From Thermodesulfobacteriota bacterium (GTDB taxonomy: Bacteria > Desulfobacterota > Desulfobulbia > Desulfobulbales > SURF-16): DNA of 21,751 nt. Below, one piece after another: positions 1-7,820 of the stretch. Below the pieces are notes generated by a model. The model worked only from the letters and a program-made list of their open reading frames with translations. It was not told where the DNA came from and ran no database searches. The stretch covers positions 1-21,751 of the forward strand of contig JBDLIE010000045.1 in NCBI GenBank assembly GCA_039715015.1. Direction: 5' to 3'. How positions within the stretch are numbered: position 1 is the first letter of the stretch; every line of letters begins with the position of its first letter. A program made the translations under genes and the position numbers.

Positions 1-143
1 TAGACCTCGTTGCGGTGGATGCTGACATGGTGCGGGGCCTCAACCCCTATCTTGACCTGGCCGCCTTTGATCTCCATGACCTTAATGGTTATCTCATCGG
101 CAATCTTAATGGCCTCACCAATTTTTCTGGCAAGGATGAGCAT
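1..143 (-). CDS. csrA: Carbon storage regulator CsrA (3' end runs off the window)
   Basis: Manual translation from ATG at 143: MLILARKIGEAIKIADEITIKVMEIKGGQVKIGVEAPHHVSIHRNEV, the CsrA pattern MLxLxRK..I.I.D.I...V....G.QVK.G..AP..V.IHR.E. AGGAG SD at 151-155. Usual position after flgL. Not in the ORF track. Confidence 0.95.
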   Translation of the reverse strand, partial: MLILARKIGEAIKIADEITIKVMEIKGGQVKIGVEAPHHVSIHRNEV

Positions 144-209
144 ATTTTTTCTCCTGTTTTAGAAAAGAGTGCTGTTGCCGAATGATAGTATCATATTTGG
201 AGTTCCCGT

Positions 210-226
210 GGCTATGATCTTGCCAA
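210..226 (-). promoter_or_regulatory. Possible sigma54 (-24/-12) promoter upstream of csrA
   Basis: Minus strand TTGGCAAGATCATAGCC: GG-N10-GC spacing with TGGCA, but the -12 element is TAGC rather than TTGC. Confidence 0.4.
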
Positions 227-234
227 AACCACTC

Positions 235-2940
235 TTATTGCAGAAAATCAAGAAGGCTCATTTGCATGGTACGGGCCGCAGTGGCCAGGGCTGCTTCATA
301 GGCTGTTTCGGCCGCCTGAAGTTCAGTGATGGCCTTAACGATATCCGTATCCTGTTTTTCAGAAAGTGATTCTTTGGTGGCCAGATCAAGATTGGTGAAG
401 ATCTGACTCTGGACATCGAGCCGGTTGCCACGGGCTCCGAAGTCGGAAATTTTGGTGGTGAGATCCTCGAAGACCTGATTAAGCTCGGCAATGGAGCTGT
501 CAAGGGCAAAGACCTGCATATCGGTATTGGTAACCCGTACCGCCCCGCTGAAGTTGGAGGAATCTCCGCCCATGGACATGGTGTAACGATCGGGATCGGT
601 GGTGCTCATCTGCAGATAGCCATCGCTGTCCCAAGAGGCATTGAGGCCGGGAATGCCATCAAGCTTAGCGGCAATGGTGGCAGGGGTGTCAACATTGATA
701 TCCACGCCGATGCGGGCTTCAAACACCTCAGGTGGTAAATGTTCGTGGTCGGTGATGCTCACCGTGAAAGAGCCACTGACAATCTGGGGGATCTCAATGC
801 GCGGATCGTTGGGCAGACCGGTGTTGCCGCTGGCAAAGGTGGCAGCGGTATTGGTAACGTACATCAGGCTGGTCACCTCAGTAAAGTTTTTGCCTAAAAG
901 AGTGTCCTCAAGCTTTTGGAGGGCATCAAAAACATGGGAGTCCTTGAGGGCTACCTGGCCATTTTCTGAGATGGACATTTTTTCGACACTACCCACCTTG
1001 ATCTCCAATTCTCCTTCCCTGTCACCGGCATAGCGGACATTTCCTTCATGATCGGCAATGGTCAAAGCAGATAATTTTCCGTCGCCAGCCACATCGGTGG
1101 CCTCACCGGTGACGGCGGAGCCCCCTGCCAGCCCCAGGGCGATAAGGCCGGCCTCGTAGAGGTTGCCGTCTGAATTAAACAGCGATGATTCCAGCATGTA
1201 GGTTCGGTCGCCATAGAGCTGAATCCGGCCAGAGTAAACCTGGTTGGAGGGGCCGGGAGCACCGTTAAGACTGGTAATGATCTCGCCGTTTGCCGAAGTT
1301 TCCACCTGGAGATTACGGCCGTCATCCACCTTGAGGACAAGGGTGCCGGTGGCGTCATGGGTGGCATAGACACCGGTGCTTGCCTGTCTGGCATTGATGG
1401 CATCAATGATTACATTGTCGGTGTCGCCGGCAATTACCGCAGTGGCAACGGGAAAGATATCAATACCGTTAATGATCAGATCGCCGCTTCCCATGGCGCC
1501 AGCTGTGACGGGCGCGGAGGCGGTGAGGGTGACGGGCGTCACCTTGGCAGTGACTCCGGTTTGGCCGGAGACGCTGTTGATGGCTGCGGCCTTGGCTGCC
1601 GCGGAAAGATCTGGATCAATATTTGATAAGCCGTCATTTTGAGCGGCTGGCACCCAGATGCCGTTAATCTTCAGGTCATGGAGGCCCAGGGTGCCGGAGG
1701 TGTGGACATTGTATGAAATTGGGTTGCCGTCGATATCCAGGGCGGCTGGGGCAATGGTGGCCGTGTCCAGGCCGGCACTGGCCAGCACCGTGCTTGTTGT
1801 GTTGCCGAAGGTGAAATTTGTCGGTGACGACAGGGCAATAGAGCCGGTGTTGTGGTTTATGTCTGCGCCAGCCGGGGCATCGTCATTAAGGTCATCAAAG
1901 CCAAGGAGAGTGTCCTCTGGTGAGCCTGCAGCCGGGCCGGTAAAGGTGATGGCCGAGGCATCGCCGTCCTGAACATTGCGGAAAACAACGGAGTCGGCAA
2001 CACCGCCGTTGGCGCCATTGCCGCGCAGGGCCATGACGCCGGTGGAGCTGCTTACGCTGTTGACGGCATCGACAGTCTGTTGGGCGATCTCGGTGGCCGA
2101 GCCGCTGGCGGTAAAACTTACCGGGGCCGTACCAATAGTGCCGGTGACGTCAAAAGAGATGGCCAACGGCCCGCCTGCCGTGGCAGGGGTGGTGCCGCCT
2201 GTCTGGGTGGTAAGGCTTGACGTTACACTGGTGTCGGCATTGATAGCTGCACTCAGATTGAAGGCATCGGTCATATTAATGCCATTGATGGTGGCAGCTG
2301 GGTTTGTCAGGTCGGCAAAATTTACCTGTTCTGTAATGGCTGTGTCCGGGAAGTAAAATTCCAGGGGAGCCGGTGGTACAGCCGCAATGCCAAGGTCGGT
2401 GCCATCCTGGACAATGCCGGGCTGGGGGAAGAGGGATAGCGCTGCCGAGGCCGCGCCATTTATGCGATAGCCGTCAATGAGTTCGCGGACAAAGGGCTTG
2501 GGCTCTGCCTCGGTGTAGCCCGAGGTGCGGGTGCCGCCAAAGATGTATTTACCGGCGATCTGGGTGTTGGCCAGGGTCACGGCCTGATCCAAAAGGTTTG
2601 CCACCTTGGGGGCGATGAGATCACGGTCATTTTCGGCCACAGGATTTTGGGCCTCAATGGCAATGACCTTGGCCTCCATGACCTGTTCCTTGATTTGGCG
2701 CAGGGCGTTTTCCGCAGCGGTAACCATGGCATCGCCATAATTTATATTGCTCTGAAACTGGTCCAGTTCGGCGATCTTGGTGCGCATCAGCAGTGAGGAA
2801 ACCATGTTCGCCGGGTTGTCGGATATCTTCGACATCTGTCGGCCAGATGAAATCTGGTCGTTGAGTCTGTAGATGTCCTTGTTGATCGTATGCAGGTTGG
2901 CATTAATCCGGCTAAAAAGGGTATTTAAGGTGGTTCTCAT
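235..2940 (-). CDS. flgL: Flagellar hook-associated protein 3 FlgL, 901 aa with a large central insertion
   Basis: N-terminal flagellin-N-like region (QISSGRQMSKISDNP...LANTQIAGKYIFGG) and C-terminal DIVKAITELQAAETAYEAALATAARTMQMSLLDFL. Lies directly after flgK. Confidence 0.93.
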   Translation of the reverse strand: MRTTLNTLFSRINANLHTINKDIYRLNDQISSGRQMSKISDNPANMVSSLLMRTKIAELDQFQSNINYGDAMVTAAENALRQIKEQVMEAKVIAIEAQNPVAENDRDLIAPKVANLLDQAVTLANTQIAGKYIFGGTRTSGYTEAEPKPFVRELIDGYRINGAASAALSLFPQPGIVQDGTDLGIAAVPPAPLEFYFPDTAITEQVNFADLTNPAATINGINMTDAFNLSAAINADTSVTSSLTTQTGGTTPATAGGPLAISFDVTGTIGTAPVSFTASGSATEIAQQTVDAVNSVSSSTGVMALRGNGANGGVADSVVFRNVQDGDASAITFTGPAAGSPEDTLLGFDDLNDDAPAGADINHNTGSIALSSPTNFTFGNTTSTVLASAGLDTATIAPAALDIDGNPISYNVHTSGTLGLHDLKINGIWVPAAQNDGLSNIDPDLSAAAKAAAINSVSGQTGVTAKVTPVTLTASAPVTAGAMGSGDLIINGIDIFPVATAVIAGDTDNVIIDAINARQASTGVYATHDATGTLVLKVDDGRNLQVETSANGEIITSLNGAPGPSNQVYSGRIQLYGDRTYMLESSLFNSDGNLYEAGLIALGLAGGSAVTGEATDVAGDGKLSALTIADHEGNVRYAGDREGELEIKVGSVEKMSISENGQVALKDSHVFDALQKLEDTLLGKNFTEVTSLMYVTNTAATFASGNTGLPNDPRIEIPQIVSGSFTVSITDHEHLPPEVFEARIGVDINVDTPATIAAKLDGIPGLNASWDSDGYLQMSTTDPDRYTMSMGGDSSNFSGAVRVTNTDMQVFALDSSIAELNQVFEDLTTKISDFGARGNRLDVQSQIFTNLDLATKESLSEKQDTDIVKAITELQAAETAYEAALATAARTMQMSLLDFLQ

Positions 2941-2951
2941 GGTATCTGCCC

Positions 2952-5489
2952 CTATCTGTTTACAGAGGCCAGCAGGGTCTGCAGCATCTCGTCGGAGGTG
3001 GTGATGAGTTTGGCTGCCGCCGTATAGGCATGCTGGAATTTAATTAGATTGGCCATCTCCTCATCAAGATTGACGCCGGAGGTGGCATCGCGCATCTCGC
3101 GTAGCTGGGTTGTGACCAGGGTGTTGTACTCAAAATCACGATCAACCGTACGGCCCTTAATGCCGATGGTAGCCACCAGGGCATTGTAGTGGCCGTCAAG
3201 GGTGTTGTCGGAAGCTCCGGTAAAATGAATATCTTCCTTATTTTGAAGATTGGTGATCAGCAGGGCGTTTGCCTGGTCGCCGGTGAAGATCTGGCCATAG
3301 CTGTCTATCTGGCCGGCAGCGACATATTCTAAGGAGCCGGACACCTGAGAATTGACCCCGATTGTCGAGGCGCTGTGGCCGGTGAAGAATGTATTGAGGC
3401 CGGCAGTGGCGAGAAAGTTGGAGGTGTCTTCACCAAAGGCGAAATTATGACCGGCATCCGGAGTAAGGACAAGTTTGTTTTCCTCGACCGTGGCTTGTAA
3501 CCAAGTGCTAGGGCTGACGCCGCTGGCATTTTCTACAGCCACATTAATGGCATTGGCAACATCGTAGAGGGTGTAGACCCGGTCCATGGGTACTGAGACC
3601 GGTGTAGGCAGGGCCAGGGTGTCGTCACTATTGTAGAGCCAGATGTCAAAGCTGGTGCCGTCAGTGGCCAGCTCGTCGGAATAGGCGTAGCCCATCATAG
3701 AGGCGGCAAGGCCACCGACGCCACCGGTGCTGTCGCTGTACTCGTAGAAGACTTTACCGTCCCCTGGGGTATCTGCGAGGCCGTATGCCCCGCCATCAAG
3801 GCCAAGATGGGTAAGGTAAACATCGGTGCTGCCGCCGTCGATTTCAATGGGGCCGTCATTATTAAAGAGGGTGATTTCGCCACTGTTATGGGTAGCATCT
3901 GCAACATAGGTTCCGTCAGTTAGGCCCATGAATTGGTCTGGAGAGGCCCCGGCCGGATCAATGCCGGCCAAGACGATCTGCGACCCATCGCCGGGATTGT
4001 CGTTTTTAAGGACGATGGCGTTGAGAGCACCGCCGTTCAGACCGGTGCCCACATCAGCGCTAAGGGTAACCTTGGGGACGTTCATCGGGCCGGTTGCCGT
4101 GTTGTGGGCCGTGATAGCTGTGTTGACGGCGTTCACCAGGTTGGCGGCCAGGGTGGCCGGGGTGTTCTCGTCGGCAAGCACAGCGGTGTAGCTAATGGCA
4201 ACGCCGTTAATGGTGAAGTCCATGGTGTCACCTGCCGCCAGAGGGGGGGCGGTGGCATCAACTGCATCACCTGCCACCAGGGTGGTCATTCTGGCCTTAA
4301 CGCTGCTTAAGGAGTCATTGATAGCGTCTACCGCATTGGCGGTTTTGCCCATGGCAATGCCCTCAACGGCAATGGCGCCGTCGATACGGCCAATATCGCG
4401 GTTGTTGATGATAAAGGTGCCAGCTGGGATGTCCTCCAAGGCTGTGGCTGGATCAACTGTTGATTGCAGCCGGGTTGTGTCAGCCGCCGGGGTGGTGCTT
4501 GTCAGAGTATCAGAAAAGCGGACCAGGCCGACACCCTGGGTATGGAGCTGGTTGACCTCGCGGACCAGGCCATTTGCCAGAGCATCGAGACGGCCCAGGT
4601 AGTTTTCTGGCTCACCCTCAACGAGCTGGCCATGAATCTCCATCCAGCCACCGATTTTGCCGCCTAACTCCTCGCCATTACTGATGTTGGTCAGGGTCAC
4701 CTGGCCATTGGCGTTGGTGGTCTGCCAGGCAAGATTTCGTTCATCCCATTGCAATGACCAGGACTCATTATTTTCAACCAGGGTATGGCCGTCCTTGAGC
4801 ATGATGGTGTAGGCCCCATTGTTCATTTCAAAATAGTTAAGGTCAATAAATTGGGCCAGCTCTTTGGTCAGCTCATCACGTTGATCACGCAGGTCGTTTT
4901 GTTTTTGGATCTCACTCTCCGAGCTTGAGATCTGGACGTTGAGTTCAGCAATCTGGGTGGTCAAGGTGTTGACGTCAAGGACTGCGGAATGGAGGTTGGA
5001 ACTGATGTCCTCCCGCGATTGGGCAATTTCATCCGCCATGATGTGGAGCTGCTCATTAATGAGATGGGCCTGCTGGACAACAGTCTCCCTGGATGAGATG
5101 AATTCGGGGTTGTTGGCAATTTCTTGCCAGCCGACCCAAAATTCGCTCAAGAGTTCATTGACCGCCATGCCCGGCGCCTCGTTAAAGGCTGTCTCAACCA
5201 CTCGCATGGACTGATACTGGGCTTCGAGGTTGCTTAGCTTGGACTCTTGGTTGATCAGGCGTTGGACCATGAAACGGTCATACTCCCGCTCAATGCGTTC
5301 TGCCTGAACACCGTTGCCGATGAAACCGATACCGATGGGGCTGGCTATCGGCGAGGTGAGGTCAACGGTCTGCCTGGTGTAGCCGGGGGTATTGACGTTG
5401 GCTACATTATGACCCGTGACGCCAATGGCGAGCTGGTGGGTGACGAGGGCCTCTTTGGCAAGGTTCAGAACATGGGAGATTCCGGCCAT
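2952..5489 (-). CDS. flgK: Flagellar hook-associated protein 1 FlgK, 845 aa with a central insertion
   Basis: N-terminal VTGHNVANVNTPGYTRQ, internal NDLRDQRDEL, C-terminal SGVNLDEEMANLIKFQHAYTAAAKLI. Confidence 0.96.
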   Translation of the reverse strand: MAGISHVLNLAKEALVTHQLAIGVTGHNVANVNTPGYTRQTVDLTSPIASPIGIGFIGNGVQAERIEREYDRFMVQRLINQESKLSNLEAQYQSMRVVETAFNEAPGMAVNELLSEFWVGWQEIANNPEFISSRETVVQQAHLINEQLHIMADEIAQSREDISSNLHSAVLDVNTLTTQIAELNVQISSSESEIQKQNDLRDQRDELTKELAQFIDLNYFEMNNGAYTIMLKDGHTLVENNESWSLQWDERNLAWQTTNANGQVTLTNISNGEELGGKIGGWMEIHGQLVEGEPENYLGRLDALANGLVREVNQLHTQGVGLVRFSDTLTSTTPAADTTRLQSTVDPATALEDIPAGTFIINNRDIGRIDGAIAVEGIAMGKTANAVDAINDSLSSVKARMTTLVAGDAVDATAPPLAAGDTMDFTINGVAISYTAVLADENTPATLAANLVNAVNTAITAHNTATGPMNVPKVTLSADVGTGLNGGALNAIVLKNDNPGDGSQIVLAGIDPAGASPDQFMGLTDGTYVADATHNSGEITLFNNDGPIEIDGGSTDVYLTHLGLDGGAYGLADTPGDGKVFYEYSDSTGGVGGLAASMMGYAYSDELATDGTSFDIWLYNSDDTLALPTPVSVPMDRVYTLYDVANAINVAVENASGVSPSTWLQATVEENKLVLTPDAGHNFAFGEDTSNFLATAGLNTFFTGHSASTIGVNSQVSGSLEYVAAGQIDSYGQIFTGDQANALLITNLQNKEDIHFTGASDNTLDGHYNALVATIGIKGRTVDRDFEYNTLVTTQLREMRDATSGVNLDEEMANLIKFQHAYTAAAKLITTSDEMLQTLLASVNR

Positions 5490-5491
5490 GG

Positions 5492-6010
5492 CTATACCTC
5501 ACGTGACAGCAGGGAAGGGCGGGCCTTTTCAGTTTTGCCCATCATGCCCCTTGACGAATAGGTGGGGTCGTTGGCAATGCCGTCACTGATTAAGGCGATG
5601 GCATCGCCAAGGTAGCGTAAGGTGTCCGCGGTGAAGCTGTGATTGATGTAGCTCTTGCGGTCGATCTCGTCGCGCAGGCTTGCTAGATTCAGACGGATGT
5701 TCTCCAGTTCTTCCACCTCTTCTTTCTGGAGGTGAGGGTAGAGATCGCGAAGTTGAATAATGTCATCTTCGCCGCGGCCGCCCTCCTCAGCCAGGATGAG
5801 GGCAGCGACCTCCTGGATCTGGTCGTCAAGATAGATCATCTGGCGCAGGCCGTTTTCCTTCTGCTTGCTGATCTGCATGAGAATGGACATTCCCATCTTC
5901 AGCAGGCCAGCCTGTTCCTGGTCCAGGATGTGGATGAAGGCGTGGGTGTAGTTCATCTGTTTTTGGAGCTTGGCCAAGAGTTGTTCGAAATGTGGGCTGG
6001 GAGCTGTCAT
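5492..6010 (-). CDS. flgN: Flagellar export chaperone, FlgN family
   Basis: 172-aa helical protein (LDQEQAGL...KQKE...N) immediately upstream of flgK. AGGAGG SD. Ends in SLLSREV. The call rests largely on synteny. Confidence 0.75.
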   Translation of the reverse strand: MTAPSPHFEQLLAKLQKQMNYTHAFIHILDQEQAGLLKMGMSILMQISKQKENGLRQMIYLDDQIQEVAALILAEEGGRGEDDIIQLRDLYPHLQKEEVEELENIRLNLASLRDEIDRKSYINHSFTADTLRYLGDAIALISDGIANDPTYSSRGMMGKTEKARPSLLSREV

Positions 6011-6027
6011 AATTACCTCCTTATTGG

Positions 6028-6327
6028 TCAGGAGTTTTTAGTAAGTTGTTGAAAAAGCATATCGCCAAAGCCTATGCCGCCGCCGGTGGCCATTCTCTCT
6101 GCCATTTCCTGATCGGCCATGGATTGAAAAAGTTTCTCGCCATAGCTCTTTTCAAAGAGGCCTTCTGTTTCAAAGGTCGACTCCCGCATGGTGCTGAGCA
6201 TCTGCTTGGTAAGCAGGGCCTCGAAATCATTGCAGGCCTTACGGAGCTGCTCTTTTTCTTGCGGACTCATTTTTGTCTGTTGGCCCGCCTTTGTTAAGGC
6301 CAGCATCTGTTCAGGGGAAATTTCCAT
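6028..6327 (-). CDS. flgJ: Rod-binding protein (single-domain FlgJ, no muramidase domain)
   Basis: LRKACNDFEALLTKQMLSTMRES...FQSMADQEMA...GGIGFGDMLFQQL matches the FlgJ N-terminal rod-binding domain. Follows flgI. Confidence 0.88.
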   Translation of the reverse strand: MEISPEQMLALTKAGQQTKMSPQEKEQLRKACNDFEALLTKQMLSTMRESTFETEGLFEKSYGEKLFQSMADQEMAERMATGGGIGFGDMLFQQLTKNS

Positions 6328-6338
6328 AACCGTTCCTT

Positions 6339-7427
6339 TTAAATGATCTGCAGATCCGCCTTGATGGCGCCGGAGGCCTTCATGGTCTGGAAAATGGCGA
6401 TTAAGTCCCGGGTTGTTACACCCACGGAATTGAGGGCCCGCACCACCTCGCCCAGGGTGACCCCATTGTCGAGCTGGACCAGCATGTTTTCCTTGTCGCG
6501 GGCCGTAATATTGCGGTTTTCCTCCTGGGATGGTCTCTGGCCGGGCGCCGGGTTAACCTGCACAGAGAGATTGCCGTGGGCAACAGCCACCTCATTAATG
6601 GTGACGTTTTCTCCCATCACCACCGTGCCTGTTCGTTCATCGATGATGATCTTGGCCTGGTTGTCAGGTGTAATGTCGAGACTCTCCAGAGCTGCCAGAA
6701 GGCCAACCTGGTTTTTTTCAAATGCGGGTGGGACCGCAATAGATACGGTGGCACTGTCTTTGGCCGAGGCATAGGGCCCGGCCAGCAGGCTGTCCACGGC
6801 ATCAACCACCCTGCTCATGGTGGTAAAGTCAGGGGCTTTAAGGTGGATGGTAAGTTCTTTTTTGGTAAGCAGGGAGAAGGGCACCTCCCTTTCCACTGTG
6901 GCCCCGGCAGGAATACGGGCCACGTTGACGTGGTTTTTTTGGCTGTTTCTGTTAGTGCCGCCCTGCAGCTCAAAACCGCCGATGGAGACCGGCCCTTGGG
7001 CCATGGCGTAAACCTTGCCGTCCAGGCCCTTGAGGGGGGTGGCAATAAGGGTGCCGCCAGCCAGGGAGGAGGCGTCGCCCAGGGAGGAAAGATTGATGTC
7101 AATGCTCTGGCCGATCTTGACAAAGGCTGGCAGTTTGGCAGTCACCAGCACGCCAGCGACGTTTTTCACCTTCAGATCATCCTTGTTGACGTGAACGCCC
7201 ATGTTCTCAAGCATGTTGACCAGGGCCTGGCTGGTGAAGGGTGATTTGTTGCCATCCCCCGTACCGTTTAAACCCACCACCAGGCCGTATCCGACAAGCT
7301 GGTTGTCACGGACGCCTTTGACCGTGGCGAGGTCCTTGAGCCGGGCTGCCTCTGCTGCCTGGCCCCACAAGATAAGTGCGGCAAGGATGAGGGCTGGGAC
7401 GATATGTCTTTTGCGAGTCGTGTTCAT
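6339..7427 (-). CDS. flgI: Flagellar P-ring protein FlgI
   Basis: Signal peptide ending AEA, then RLKDL..VKGVRDNQLVGYGLVVGLNGTGD, GDASSLAGGTLIATPL and IIIDERTGTVVMG. Confidence 0.97.
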   Translation of the reverse strand: MNTTRKRHIVPALILAALILWGQAAEAARLKDLATVKGVRDNQLVGYGLVVGLNGTGDGNKSPFTSQALVNMLENMGVHVNKDDLKVKNVAGVLVTAKLPAFVKIGQSIDINLSSLGDASSLAGGTLIATPLKGLDGKVYAMAQGPVSIGGFELQGGTNRNSQKNHVNVARIPAGATVEREVPFSLLTKKELTIHLKAPDFTTMSRVVDAVDSLLAGPYASAKDSATVSIAVPPAFEKNQVGLLAALESLDITPDNQAKIIIDERTGTVVMGENVTINEVAVAHGNLSVQVNPAPGQRPSQEENRNITARDKENMLVQLDNGVTLGEVVRALNSVGVTTRDLIAIFQTMKASGAIKADLQII

Positions 7428-7466
7428 GGCATGGGTACCGTTTTGGGTGTGTCTGACTTGTTGATT

Positions 7467-7482
7467 TGCAAGGGGTGTGCCA
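7467..7482 (-). promoter_or_regulatory. Sigma54 promoter for flgI-flgJ-flgN-flgK-flgL
   Basis: Minus strand TGGCACACCCCTTGCA equals the TGGCAC-N5-TTGCA consensus, about 40 bp upstream of the flgI ATG. Confidence 0.85.
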
Positions 7483-7507
7483 CTTGTTTTCAGTGTGCTT
7501 CTGAAGG

Positions 7508-7520
7508 TAACACCTTGTTT
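7508..7520 (-). promoter_or_regulatory. Possible IHF site
   Basis: Minus strand AAACAA-GGTG-TTA, one mismatch to WATCAR-N4-TTR. It lies between the sigma54 promoter and the upstream palindrome, where IHF sites are expected. Confidence 0.35.
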
Positions 7521-7538
7521 TTAAAGACAATAAGCTTG

Positions 7539-7575
7539 TTCCCTGTGGTGGGAAAAAATTACCCACCACAGGGAA
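7539..7575. repeat. Perfect 14-bp inverted repeat (candidate enhancer/UAS or RNA hairpin)
   Basis: TTCCCTGTGGTGGG (7539-7552), AAAAAATTA spacer, CCCACCACAGGGAA (7562-7575). No U-tract follows on either strand. Confidence 0.8.
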
Positions 7576-7606
7576 AGACACCGTGTTAATGAGCCTGGTT
7601 TGGCTA

Positions 7607-7820
7607 TAAAAAGGGTTTTGAAAAACGTAGCGAGCAGCAAAAAGGCAAGGAAGAAATGGACGAAAAAGCACCCCAAGGGTATTCGAAGTCTGCGCTTATC
7701 TCCTCCGGGCACGCAGCTTACATGTGTAAATGAGCATTTCGGAGTCTCGCAAGCTCCCTTCCCTGAGGCCATTTTTGACGCAGAATTTTTGCTGCGTAGT
7801 AGTTTTTCAGAATCTTTTTA
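7607..7820. mobile_element. MITE/REP-like nested palindromic element (about 214 bp)
   Basis: Imperfect terminal inverted repeats: left TAAAAAGGGTTTTGAAAAAC versus reverse complement of right end TAAAAAGATTCTGAAAAAC. Internal pairs GCAGCAAAAA (7634-7643)/TTTTTGCTGC (7786-7795) and AAATGG (7654-7659)/CCATTT (7769-7774). Central TTAC-ATGT-GTAA (7718-7729). TA at both ends. No transposase. Confidence 0.65.

Noticed and set aside
158..184. Sigma28-like TTTA-N15-GCCGAATG on the plus strand
   Set aside because: Both boxes mismatch the consensus and it points antisense into flgL, so it is probably chance.
6028..6327. FlgJ lacking the muramidase domain as a possible truncation or pseudogene
   Set aside because: Single-domain rod-binding FlgJ is normal outside beta/gamma-proteobacteria, and the ORF is intact.
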